Source: Chrysomallon squamiferum
Lineage: Eukaryota; Animalia; Mollusca
DNA: 64,000 nucleotides
Assembly (NCBI GenBank): GCA_012295275.1
Contig: CM022665.1
Span: 36,890,001-36,954,000, forward strand
Direction of reading: 5' to 3'
Below, in pieces: positions 12,488 to 25,400 of this stretch. Made by a program: the position numbers and the translations under genes. How positions within the stretch are numbered: the stretch's first letter is position 1; every line of letters begins with the position of its first letter. The notes beneath the pieces were generated by a model. It saw nothing but the letters and a program-made list of their open reading frames with translations, was not told the DNA's origin and made no database searches.

Positions 12488-14219
12488 ATGATTGTGAAAG
12501 AGTTATTACAACTTGTTGGGTCCAGGACTTTTAGACTGCAATTGCAGTTGTTCTCAAGTTCTGCCTATAGACCTAACCACATTCTGCCATGTTCAGCATG
12601 CCGCCAGAGAAAAATACATACAAGCAGTTCACAGCTGACTAGTGAACCTCAAGAATGGAACCAGCAATTCCACCTTGACCCTCCAGAACTCAATTTTAGA
12701 TACTTATGTGATGAATCTAATGCTGCCTGTATTAAGAAGAACATTCTAAACAGAAAAGGAGTTGGTGACATTGATAAAGTGGTCAGTTGTTATTATATTT
12801 ATCTTAGTTAAGATTGTATAAAGGATATAATGTGATGTTAAAAGGTCAGCACTAGTGACTGTTATCAAATAAATTTTAAATACATTTATAAATATTAGTA
12901 CTGATATTTTTTGTAACTTTTAATTTTTTTAAATCATTTAAAAATATTTTTATCCCTAGCATTCATTATCAGTCCAGCGTTGTACATTTTGATCAGACTA
13001 TAAATACCTCACTGAAGAAATTTGCTTTGTTATAGAATCTTTTTCTAATTTCATTTTTTCTCAGCAAGAAGAAAACTGTTATTTTATATAGTGAAAATTG
13101 AAAAACATGGGTAGTGTAGTTCATTTTGAATGATGCAAGATTTGATTCCTGCAGTCAAATTAATGATAATATGATATTACTGTATTAGCATTAATTTAAT
13201 GAACTGAATCATTATACATTTATAAATATGTGGATTCCTGAAATTGCTTATTCATATTAAAATATTTTGAATTTGTCTTTTTCAGTATCAGCTATGGAAA
13301 GATTTCAACAAAGAAAGAGAGGTTTGTATTTACCAAGTAATAAAATGCTTTTAATGGCACAGTAATTTACTTTACAAATCAAAGTACCAGTTATTTTAAA
13401 GTATTTTTAAACATAAATGCAAAATTTATTTAAGACAGAAAATTTAATTTCTCTTAATATATGCATAAGTATATTGAAAATAATCACATAGCATCAAAAC
13501 AAAGTTTATAAATCATGAAATTTTAATATTTAATATCATCTGTTTTTTTCCCAGAAATCTTCAAAAGATAATCTTTGGCATGAATTACTTCTGGCAGCCA
13601 GAGAAATCCCAAACTCAACACATCCATCATCGGCAAGTATATTACATAACAAAAATACAAAGTTTGTTTTGTATACGAAAATATTGGTATATGAAAATAT
13701 ATTAGTAATGTCAGCTAGCCTAATTATTCAAAGTTAACAGATAATTTTTTTATGTGACTTCTTTTTTCTTCTTTTTTTTTTTGTTTCCACTGGGGTGAAT
13801 TATTGAGATCTTGATATTTAAATTCTTAAAAACTAAACCTTTGTGATATTTGCTTAAAATGTGTGATGAAAAGCAATTGTTCTTTTTGAATTTATTTTTA
13901 CCAGTTGCAGTTTAAAGATCTTACAAGAATACTATCATTTCTAGTAATAGTAAAGGAAACTATGAATCACTTTGTATTGTTTCAATAATTTGTTCTAACT
14001 ATAATAATTTGTTGTGAAATGTTTGGGGTTTTTTATTTGTTTTTTATTTATTTATTTACTTTGGTTTTTATCTTGCAGCCTATTGGAGAAGAGTCTAATG
14101 CAACAGTTGTTGAAATTGTTGGAAAAAGAAAAGGTGTGACAAAAGATTTTTTTTTTTTTTTTTTAAATGTATTTATTTATTTATTTTTATTTTTTTTTTT
14201 TATTTAAAATTTTTATTAA

Positions 14220-14256
<37 letters not shown>

Positions 14257-17200
14257 CAGGAAACTTATTTTTTAATCCTTTTTTAAACCTAGTGATACAG
14301 TCAATAACAATCTTCTTTTTTCTTCTCAATTTTATAAATATTTCTTTTTCTTATATATTTAAAATATTTTATGTGTCAAAGTCAATTTTTAATTTTATTT
14401 CAGAATTCACTTTCAGACCTAAAACAGTTGTCAGGCTAGGAGAAGATCTTGATCTCCTTAGAACAGAGTAAGTTAACATTATCAGTTTAAAAGTCTTGTT
14501 GCCAAGTGCAATTTTTTCCTTGGATACACTTCTGCTTGGTGTCTTTGTGTGTTGAAGTTATTTCCTTTAATATGATGGTTTGCCACATTAAATGGTATAT
14601 TTCCAACTAAAACGAGTGCTCCTAAATCATTTATCCAATAAATAGCATATTATTATTTTTTACCTATCACTGGGAATGTACTATTAAAATATCACTATAT
14701 ATTTCACGCATAATATCACTGAATGCTGCCGTTCGAATGTTTTAATTTATTCTACTTATTTTAGCAGGGTTGTTTTTGTTGGGGGTTTTTTTGGTTTTTG
14801 TATTTCTTTCTTTTTAAATGGAAATATTTGCATTCAGGTATATCTTAATATAAAAATTATTATTATTTTAAATTTATAAAACATTTTAGAATGTAGTGTA
14901 ATATCCAGGATGTGTTGAAAAAGTTAAAAAGATAGAAGAAAATTAATATTGTATTTAATGTTATATTTGAGCAGAATGATCGGATGATATAAATCATAAC
15001 TGTTCCGTATTACTATTTTAGTAATGTTTCCTTGACAACAGGACATAGAACATACTATTTTAAACATGATCTGGCCAAAATGGAGCAAGCTCTAATTAGA
15101 TTTACTTTGGATACTCTAACTAAAAAGGTAAAACATTTCTGTATTAAGAGCATTAAATGATAGTTTATAAAATTTAATATTTTATTTATTAGAAGACAGA
15201 ATTGAAAATCAAAAATAATAATAAATAGTATTTTATTATTATTTTATCATTTTATGTGCATTTTATTTCTATTTATTTTTTTTTTATTTTTAAGGGAGAG
15301 GGTATGTGAGTTTTTTTTAATATCATCATTAATTATATCTTCAATTTATTTATTTATGTTATGTTTTGCTTTTTGGGTTGGTGTTAAATTGTTCTTTAAA
15401 TCAACCTTAGTATCTTTAAATATAAATGGTTTTATGTTTAATGGCTAAGTTAAGTGTATGTCTGACACGTTATCTGTACATATCTTTGCAGGGGTTTCAA
15501 CTGGTCTCTGTACCTGATTTGATTCATCCTAAAATCATCGTAAGTCTGAAATCATAAATGTGATATCAGTTTAATCTACAGTTACCTTGACAAAGGAAGA
15601 GAAAAAATAAAAGACAGTGAGGCATCAAAATAAAAAAAAACAGAAATTCAATATTTTAGTTTTTAAATGTTTTATTTAAAGAGATACTTGGTTACATGGT
15701 GACATACATGGTGTAGGAATACAAATAATGAGAGAAAAAACCTGCGCTCACCATGCAGTGTGTTACTTTATTTAACAGAGCCACAAATGATGTATTTTAA
15801 GCATCTTTCCATAGTTAGGAAAGTTTATGTAGGTACCAATCCATTTAAGTGGCTTCCAGAAAATTGTACCTTTTTACATTCATTAGTGTATATTCTAAGT
15901 AAGCTTTGATCCAAAACACCAGAAATCCGTGTCATCTTGGATTCCATTTTTGTCTGATAAATGGTCTGGTACCTTTAACAATCCTTAAATAGAGAACTGC
16001 AAAAATAAAGTTATTGGTAATATCCACTAATTTACAGATTTATAAATGATTGGGTTTTTTCCTTCATATTTGTGTTTTGTTACACTAATAAATGAAATAA
16101 AGAAAGAAAAACAATTACACAAAGTGAAATTAATTTTAAACATTTAGGAATCATGTGGGTTCAAAACAACAGGAGAGAGAACACAGGTTTATCGATTGGA
16201 TCCTGAAAATCATGGAGATGTTTGTTTAGCAGGAACCTCAGAAATGCCTCTAGCAGGTACAAAAAATAAGAGATAATTTTAATAAGATAGTTACAGTAAC
16301 TGTACAGTAACAGATATTACTGATTACTTTTCAATGAGAAATTAATTTTTCTTCCAGAATTTAATAGTAATAATTTAGTGAGAATTCTATTTTTCAATTT
16401 CTTAAATTGTTTTTATCATTTGTAGGACTTCAAAATTTGTATGTTTTATTTTTGTTTATATTATTTTTTTTTTTTTTTGTAGGATACTTTGCAAATGAAT
16501 TCTTAAAAACTGAAGATCTTCCAGTAAGGTAAAATGAAATCTGTTTGTTTTGGGGGTGGGTAAATGAATTTTTAGGTGTGTTTTGGGAAGGGGGTCTCTT
16601 TTTTTCCTTTTTTTTTTTTTTTTTGTTGGTTTCGGTTTGGGGTTTTTGAGGGAGGTATCAGTTATTTAATATTTATTTTCTTTTTATTATATCTTTTATT
16701 TCTTTTTTTTTTCTTTACAGACTTACATCTGTCAGTCGATGTTACCGGGCAGAGACTTCTGAACTTCAAGAAGAGAAAGGCATTTACAGAGTTCACCAAT
16801 TTACAAAAGTAAGAACAGCGCAACATAACAGCTCGTAACATCCACAGTATTAAAATTTAAATCATTTTTTGTTTTATAAAACATACATAGGACCACTTTT
16901 AACTTAAACTCATCCTGCTGTTCTTTTGTTTTTAGTTGTTTTTTAGGAGTGATTGAGTTTGATTTGTTACTTTTTAGAGGTCTTGTTGTTGTTATTATTG
17001 TCAGCACATGACTATCTATCTGAATATCAAAACTATTTTTGCAATGATTTAATTAGAAAGCAAAAATTTCAGAACAGATTTTTTGTTTTTTAGGTTGAAA
17101 TGTTTGGAGTTACCAGAAGTCACTTAAGTGATGAGTTTTTACTGGAGCTGCTTTCCATTGAAAAGGAACTTTTTACAAAACTGGGATTACACTTCAGGTG

Positions 17201-18788
17201 GATAAAATTGAGCAGTTATTTTGAGATTGGTAACACCAGAATCAAAAAGTAATATCAGCTTTTAATACTAAAAGAGAGAATGACTGATGTATGCTTCAGT
17301 GAGACTGAATTCAGCTAATATATTTATCACAGCAGTTAGTTTTAAACTAACATAAAATAAAACCATAATAGTAATCAATAATTTAATGCAAATTAAATTT
17401 CTAAATGCCTTTTTTAACAATTCTGTTGTTAATAGAGTAATAAAAATGTTTCAGATTATTGGAAATGTATGTCTGTCTGTTATATGTAAGAAACTATCTG
17501 TACTTCAGAATACTTGACATGCCAACAGAAGAATTAGGTGCACCAGCTTACAGAAAATTTGATATTGAAGCTTGGATGCCAGCAAAACAATTCTGGGGAG
17601 AGGTATTTAAATACAAAAAAAAAGTATAAAATTAAGTATGCTTCTATTAAATAATGGTTAAAATACATTTGTATAATTCCAAATGATTATATCATTTACT
17701 ACTAGAGGCCTGTCTTTCCCAACAGTAAAATAACATGCTCATTTGCCCACTTTCTTATGATCACGTGCACTTATAATACATAAAAATACCTGGAATGCTG
17801 ACAGGCATCTGTTCATTCATACAACCACTTTATTTCTAGAATACATTTAAAAATGCTTGTAAATATATGATTGATCATCAGTATTTTTTATTATGTTTTG
17901 AATTTTGTTTTTAAGATCTCAAGTTGTTCCAACTGTACAGATTACCAGAGCCGCAGACTGCACATAAAACATGGAAAGAACAAAAATGAATTAGAACACG
18001 TCCACACTGTAAGAAACATTTTATAAAATCTTGTTCCATTTTTAAATATATACAAATTTCTAAATATCTGGTAGTTCATGATAAACGCAAGTAAAAGTAA
18101 AATACAATTAAATCTATTAAAGTAATTGATAGTCTGATCATTATTTACTATAGCTAAAAAAGAATGGACTAAACAATATTTTTTATTGTATATATTTTTA
18201 TTTGTGCTAATTATCAACATAGGTAAATGGAACAGCTTGTGCAGTACCAAGAATGATTATGGCTATCCTTGAAAACAATCAGCAACAGGTAAACTAATAG
18301 TATTTAAATTGAAATTTCCTAAACACTAATAACTAAAGCTATCAAAATTATTATCAGATAACTCGTTATGGATCAGTTATTCATTGCTACATAGTTTGGG
18401 GCTGTTAAATACCATCCCAATAAATAAAATTGGGAAATTTAATAAACTTATCCAGCTGTATTGTATAATATGAATTTCTGTTTAAAATTTTTAATATCAG
18501 CAGTTAAAAGTTGATTTATAATTTTGTTAAAGGAATGTTTCTAGCTATTCTACATTTTAAATGCAAAACATAGAACTAATAACAAATATCCAAGGAGTAA
18601 AAATGTATATCTGCATAACATTTCTTTTAGTGTTTTATATGCCATTTACTTTTTTATTTTTGCAGGATGGAACAGTTCATATACCAGAGGCACTACAGCC
18701 ATACATGAAATGTTCTGTATTGAAACGACCAGAACATTCCTGTTTGATGAAATTTATCAAAAGCAAAAAATTAAAGTCTAAAAGATAA
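12488..18788 (+). CDS. SARS2: Mitochondrial seryl-tRNA synthetase
   Basis: 15 coding exons join in frame: 12488-12781, 13286-13321, 13555-13632 (GC donor), 14079-14133, 14404-14467, 15022-15127, 15492-15539, 16148-16256, 16483-16528, 16721-16808, 17094-17197, 17509-17602, 17916-18008, 18223-18288, 18666-18788. Class II SerRS motifs: [71 protein letters not shown]. The R/S/L-rich N-terminus looks like a mitochondrial presequence. Confidence 0.96.
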
Positions 18789-18898
18789 AATTATTTTTAA
18801 ATTTGGTTTCCCTGCTTCTGTGACATATTTATACTTAAGAAAGCAGTCTCTTAAATGTGTTACTCACTGCTATAAAACTGATAAAATAATAGCCTGTG

Positions 18899-18902
<4 letters not shown>

Positions 18903-18930
<28 letters not shown>
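18903..18930. repeat. (TG)n microsatellite in the probable SARS2 3' UTR
   Basis: Direct run of TG dinucleotides. Confidence 0.9.
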
Positions 18931-20259
18931 AACATGGAGATCAAAATGCACTTTGACTAAAGTTCAGATATGGAACACCTGTTAACAGGAAATAGTTAAA
19001 AGGAAACCCCAAGCAGATTCCATTTTCTGACCCATGAATCCTCATATGTCGTCTAACAAATGAATTAAAGATTAGACATAATCCATGATGCACAGACATA
19101 CAAACATTGCTGAATGTACAATGAGGAAGTATTCTCATTAATTTGATTATAAAAATTACTAATTGGAATAATCAATTACCATTGAATACTATGACATAAT
19201 TTTTTTATTATTATTACTATTATTATTTCATGAATGCATGAATATATGGGTTTTTTATTATCATACAAAAATAAATAGTTTTTCGAAATTTAGGTTTTTT
19301 GTTTTTCATGTCAACTTCTGACTATTACAGACTTTTTATTTTTTTTTTTTTTTTTTTTTTTAAGATAAAGATATCATTAATTTTTAGAGAGAAAATAAAG
19401 GATTTCATGAGTGATTTCCTCCAACATTTAGAGTATATATATACAATTTCAATGCAATTACATTTTCTCTGATTAATGTTAGCAAATTTTTCTCAGGATA
19501 TTTTGACAGTATATAAGCACAAGACTCCACTAACAATACTTTTATCAGCATTGCCATAATATTAAAATCAGACATTGCAAGGCCTTAAACCATTATGTTA
19601 AATATCACATCAGTGATTTTTCTTCAATTTTAAATCACATTTGAAATTTTTAATTATTGTAGTTTAATGATAACATTTAAATTATAATTGCTACTAACCA
19701 TCTGTGTATGATCAAGTGAAAGAATTAACCCACTGCTACCATTTAATGTATTATTTATAAGATAAAGGGCATGATTTTTTATATAGATATATATATATGT
19801 ACATCTTTCCACAAAGAGGGAAGCACATATTCTGATAAACCAGTTTGAGCGGGAGGATTCGTTATTCAGTGGCACAAGAAAAAATAGGAATAAACTTTTG
19901 TTTTCTTTCTTAAATTAATGGAAATAAGAGTACAGCTGAATAATGGTAAATTAAGATATATATTAATTAATAATGGTAAGCTATGTTGTTATTGTCTCGG
20001 TGAAAAGTTGTTTTCATTTACACTGTTAAGTGTAACAATATTAGTTAATTACCATGGCAATGAAAACAACGAAAAAAACCCAACACAAATCACATATTTT
20101 TATTTTTAATCATTGCATTTTACGCGTTACTCTTGTTGATTATTACTTATTTTAATGTTTTAACTAGTTAAAAATCTGTAAACACGTTTTCTTAATATTT
20201 AAACATGCAAAAATATTTTTGACATCTATTTTCGAGGATGGCGAACAGTACTCCTACGC

Positions 20260-20527
20260 AAAGCATTTCTGACCAATCAACATTCAAGAAATTATTTCGC
20301 TGCGGAAAAATAGACTGACGTCAGACAGTGGCTCACTCCTTAGCTCTTAGATCAGGAAGAATCTAGATTTTGGCAAAGAAATTTTGTTTGGCCTGTAGAT
20401 CCTGGAATACTCTGAAAATGATTATCAGGAACGCATGTAGCGGCATTTAAACGTCAATATAACGTGGCCGACGATTTATTTGATGCTGCACACTGTTGCT
20501 CGGGTCAACGTTATTGTTGGCTTACTG
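20260..20527 (+). promoter_or_regulatory. Promoter and first (leader) exon of the SERTA-domain gene
   Basis: CCAAT box near 20273, perfect CRE palindrome TGACGTCA at 20316-20323, CpG-enriched patch, and consensus donor CTG|GTGAGT at 20527/20528. Confidence 0.65.
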
Positions 20528-21290
20528 GTGAGTTGACCTCGTTTGAAGTTTGTACGAAAACAATTTATAGGACCAGTCATTTGTATAGAAATCACATTAT
20601 AAAAATTTCAAACGGAGATAATTTTTTTAATGGGTTTGGCATAAAGCGACCTGTATGATAAACAATTGAATATAGATCCATTTCTTATTTAACTAAAGAA
20701 ACGTAATGTAAATTTTATGAATGGAGATTTCTAGCAAACCTCGTTCCCGGGGCCATTTTGTAACTGTTGGCAAGACGCCAGTATAACGTTAATGTCGCGC
20801 TATATTTTTTGAGAAATGTTTCAGGCAGTTTCAAAGAAATGTGACACAGTTAAGATGGTGTTCAGATATTTATAACTTCAAATTACGTGCTTGTTTTATG
20901 TTTCAGCATTAGAAGTTTCATAAATTAAAAAATTTAAATTTTATCTAAGTTTGGAATGGCTTAATTTAGTTAAAGAAGATAGATTTAATTTAAACTCTCA
21001 AACATGTACATGATAGCATTTGTATATTAAAGTTATTGTTGAAATCGAAACATGTTTGACCTGATTGAAAGAAAATATTCGTATTCTGAAAACCGTTATT
21101 TACTGGTATATAAATAGTCTAATAATTTAAATGAAAATAGACTGATACGCTTTCGTCATACTGACGTAATAAATGAAGTTCCAAATAGTTACCCAAATAA
21201 CAGGAACCAGTTAAAATTTAAAAACAACAAAATAGTTAACAGTTGTTTTTTTCTAAATCATATTTAGCCGTGGTTCGTTAACAGAATTGT

Positions 21291-21326
<36 letters not shown>

Positions 21327-21663
21327 CAATTTCTCATTGATAAAGATGTTTTGTTTCTAGGTAGGAAAAGTTAAAATATATTTAAGAAAATATAATGTTT
21401 TAAAAATTATATTTTTGTCAAATCATAAATCTGTTTATTGTACAAATGTACTCTATTTTAGATCGAAAAAAGTGTATATTTTAAAGACTACTCTTCAGTG
21501 ATAGGTCATTTAATAAATTACTTTCAGTATATCTATACTAGATATTAGTTATAAATTCCTTTTTGCCTGATTACATGTTCTTTAAAAACTAAATGTATAT
21601 TTTATTTAGTTCAGTAATGTTACTTGTTAAAATTATGCCATGTATTTTCTCTCTATAGCAACT

Positions 21664-22464
21664 ATGCCACCAAGTGTCTTCGGGAACATGAAGCGAAAAG
21701 CCGAACATCTTCTCATAGATGAAGTGTCTTATGGTAATCAGCGACAGTCTATTCTTGACATGTCAATGTGCAAACTTAAAATGCTGCCACCTAAACGAAT
21801 AGAGCCTTGTTTGCGTCGGTCTGTCCTCATCCTGAACACACTGAAACACATAGAAACAGAACTGAAAACTGAGGGTATTTATCTGCCAGCCCCTTCAGAA
21901 GCAACCTTCAATCTTGGAGAATCACAGCTTGAAAAATTCACACTTGATCCTTTGCCAGAACCTGATTCCAACACTAGTCTTGTGCAATCTGTCTCAAGAA
22001 TGGAAGGAATTTCTCAGTCACCTGTGCAATGTACAGAAATGCAGCCTGATGTGAAAGGACAGGACAGAACTGTTCTTGATTTGGTGCCTTGTCCACTGCT
22101 GCCTGTAGAATCACCTCAGATCTCAAAGTCATTATTCAAAGTTTTGCCAGAGGACTCCAACAACAACCTCTTGTCCACATTAGCCTGTGTGGCAAACTCT
22201 TCCTCGTGGACAGAGGATTTGTTGGCAGATGTTGATCTGTCTTTGAGTGATTTAGATTTCCTGACACTTTCTTCAGCCATGAAATTTGCCCCTCTTAGTG
22301 CCGATGAGGTCATGCATTCCTTCCCAAACTCATCAAATCATACGAGTGATTCTGCTTCAGCACTGGCCACTTCACCAGTTGTTCAGGGTTCAAGGTCCAC
22401 ATGCAAGTCAGATTCTCACTTAGATGACCTGGACAATATCATGCAAATTTTAGTTGGAATGTAA
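21664..22464 (+). CDS. SERTA-domain transcriptional cofactor (SERTAD/TRIP-Br/CDCA4/taranis family), single coding exon
   Basis: Acceptor ttttctctctatag ends at 21658 and the ATG is at 21664. N-terminal MKRK, SERTA motif QRQSILDMSMCKL...EPCLRRSVLILNTLKHIETEL, and family C-terminus LDDLDNIMQILVGM. Confidence 0.92.
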   Translation: MPPSVFGNMKRKAEHLLIDEVSYGNQRQSILDMSMCKLKMLPPKRIEPCLRRSVLILNTLKHIETELKTEGIYLPAPSEATFNLGESQLEKFTLDPLPEPDSNTSLVQSVSRMEGISQSPVQCTEMQPDVKGQDRTVLDLVPCPLLPVESPQISKSLFKVLPEDSNNNLLSTLACVANSSSWTEDLLADVDLSLSDLDFLTLSSAMKFAPLSADEVMHSFPNSSNHTSDSASALATSPVVQGSRSTCKSDSHLDDLDNIMQILVGM

Positions 22465-25400
22465 AACAGCAGCATGATCAATATATTTTTTATGAAAACA
22501 AAAACGAACAAAGTTTTATATATTTTTTTAAACAAAAGATTATTGTTCAACTAATTTATTGTGCAGCAGTCATTGTGTATATTTTGAATATTTATTTGTG
22601 AAAACTAAGTCGTTTTACATACCAAACTTACATGTAGTTCAGTTCTGAAGGTGCATCCGGCTGAAGAACATGAGTCAGATTGATTATGGTTGTGACTTGT
22701 TCTCACCGGTTGTTGTGCAATGTGCATCCAGTTTTTAGTTTTACAACTGATGCGTTTGTTTTTAGTGCAAATCAAAAAGTGAAATATCGCCATATACATA
22801 AACTTACTACAAAACAGTTTGTACCAGTGGAAAAAATCACCTTTGTTTGGTAACATTTTGAACATAATAGAACTGCAAATCATTGGTCAGTGCCCACGAA
22901 AACTTTTTGTTATTATAATTATTTATTACACATAACGCTAGAAACTGAACTCTTTTCTTCAATTTATTGTTTAATTAATGTTACATGAAATTAATGAAAA
23001 TTGAAGGACAACTTGTAAAATTTATTGGTTTTTAAAAACCCAATAAATTCTTACATGGCTGATTTCAGCATTGTTTAATTGAAATATATCGGTGTTTATT
23101 TATTCCTTTGCTTGTAGCATTATAATTTGTATCGAATAACTTCATTTTGTACTGATTTTATCACTATTCAAAATATATATGAATTAATATGTAATTTACC
23201 ATAAATTTGATCTCTTTGGAACCGCACATTCTTATATTTTAAAACAGATCTGATATGGTATTTTTTCTGATAATGATACACACAAAATTAACTGCTAACT
23301 AACTTCACTGTACCATCGCAGACAGAAATTTAGTTTCTGTGTTTGATATCAGCCTTTACTGTTTTGGTCAATTTGAAAAAGAAAATTATGTATTTTCTCT
23401 TTATAATATATAATTTGTCAAAACCACATTTTTCTTTGTATTGAAAAATTATTGTTTCAGAGAAGATTCAAGTTAATTGCTTATTATGATAAAAATATAT
23501 TAAAGCAATATATTTTATTAAACTTGTGTGCCTGTACAAAGTATGGAATCTTTTTTTAATAATTTTACAAGTCATCTAGATGATGAATTTTGGTCATTAC
23601 AAACTTGTAATTCCAAAACCAATGCCTTCATGTTTCTTAGCCTTTAATGGATTTAATTTAATAACATGACAGTATTTCTGATCTTTGTATGTCAGTCTTA
23701 TTTTTTTAAGAATTTTAAAAGTAATACATACTTTCATTGCCTTTAATATTTTAGTAATATTTATTTCCTGTTCTTTTTTTTATATATACATATCTATATT
23801 TACATATCAGAATATATAGTTCATTCTGTGTGTATCAGATAATTTTTTTATTTTTTAACAGATAAAATCACAAATCACTTCAGTTACAGTTTAATTTAAT
23901 TTTAAATTTTTATTTTTTGTTGCATACAAAATGATCTTAAATATTTATCCTGTTTTAATTCTGTAAATAACTAATAAAAATTTATATATTCATGATATAC
24001 ATTATCATTTATATGTTTCTTTAAAACTAATTCTCAGCACTAAGAGTACATTTTATTAAGTTATACTTCATGATTAATTTAAAGTTGTTAATTGTTTTTT
24101 TTTTTAATGAATTTATAAATTTTGACATTTCATGGTCAGAGCGATTTGTTTTTGATTTTTAAAAGAATATATTCTCACTAGTCATGTATTTCATGCATAT
24201 ATAATGATTATGTATATATCATTTTTAATTTTATTTTGTTTGTTCACAAAATTTCTAATTTTTTTTCTTTTATGCAGTGTTTGAAAATAACAAAGAATTA
24301 AATACATTAAGCATTCAGAATCCCTGTGTTATGATTATTTCAGTCATCAAGAACAAAAAACCCAGTAGTCAGTAAGAAGTCATAACAAAACCGCAGCATT
24401 GTTCAGAAACTACAGCATTACTCACCACATCTGGCACAGACAGAAGTTTAAGGCCAAAATGTGCCGAAAATTTATATATTTTTATATGTTGTATCAATAA
24501 AGAAAATGCTGAATATATTTTTAAAAATATGACAAGGATACTTGTATGCTCGGATGTGTGTGTGTCTGTGTGTTTAAAATATGCATACATATACAAACCT
24601 GTCAGTATGTGACAAGAATATATTTAGACCACATAATTTCATCTCCACTGAAACTATACTCAGAGCCTTACAGTGTATTTTGAATAATATTCATTGCCAG
24701 TGTAATACTGCTTGTGTTGTATATTTACATGTTCATGTATTTTTATTTGCTTGCTCAGATACGTTTTCCATGTTGTATAGCTGATGTTTTATCAGTAAGT
24801 TTTATTTTATACAATATGTTTGAGATTTTTAAGTTTTAATTTAATTTTTTTATTTAATTTTTTTATTTTTTTAGATCATATCCTTATCCTCTTTGTAATT
24901 TGATACTCATTACACTGTGAACAACTTTAGATTAAATTTTTAGATAAACATTTCATTTATAATTATATACAGTCACCTTGGACAGGTACAGTTTCCACGG
25001 AGTAAGAATATTTTCAGAAAATTAAAAACAAGTAGCATTTATAATAGAAATTTCTTTATTTGTAACTTTTAAATAATTATTCAGTTCAGCCTATGTCAGC
25101 TGTACATGGTTTTCATCTGCATCTTTATTTTTTAATATATCTATTTCAGCAGAATTGTTCTGTTAGCATTAATTCAAAGAAAGTCGTCAAAAATATTATA
25201 CACACTGAATAGAGTATTTAAATAAATCTGCAAATATTCCTAATGTTAATTTTATGCTGAAATAATATTTAGTTATCAGTTATAATTTAAGTGCTTTTAA
25301 TTGTGCCATGTACAGATAACTCGAGTTTTAATTAGATAACTATACCTTTTGCATGTGTACCTATGTAAACACAAAAGTTATAATTATCTGATTACAGTGT

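Noticed and set aside
21640-21663. ORF-track start MYFLSIAT for the SERTA protein
   Set aside because: ATG 21640 lies in the intron polypyrimidine tract before the acceptor at 21658.
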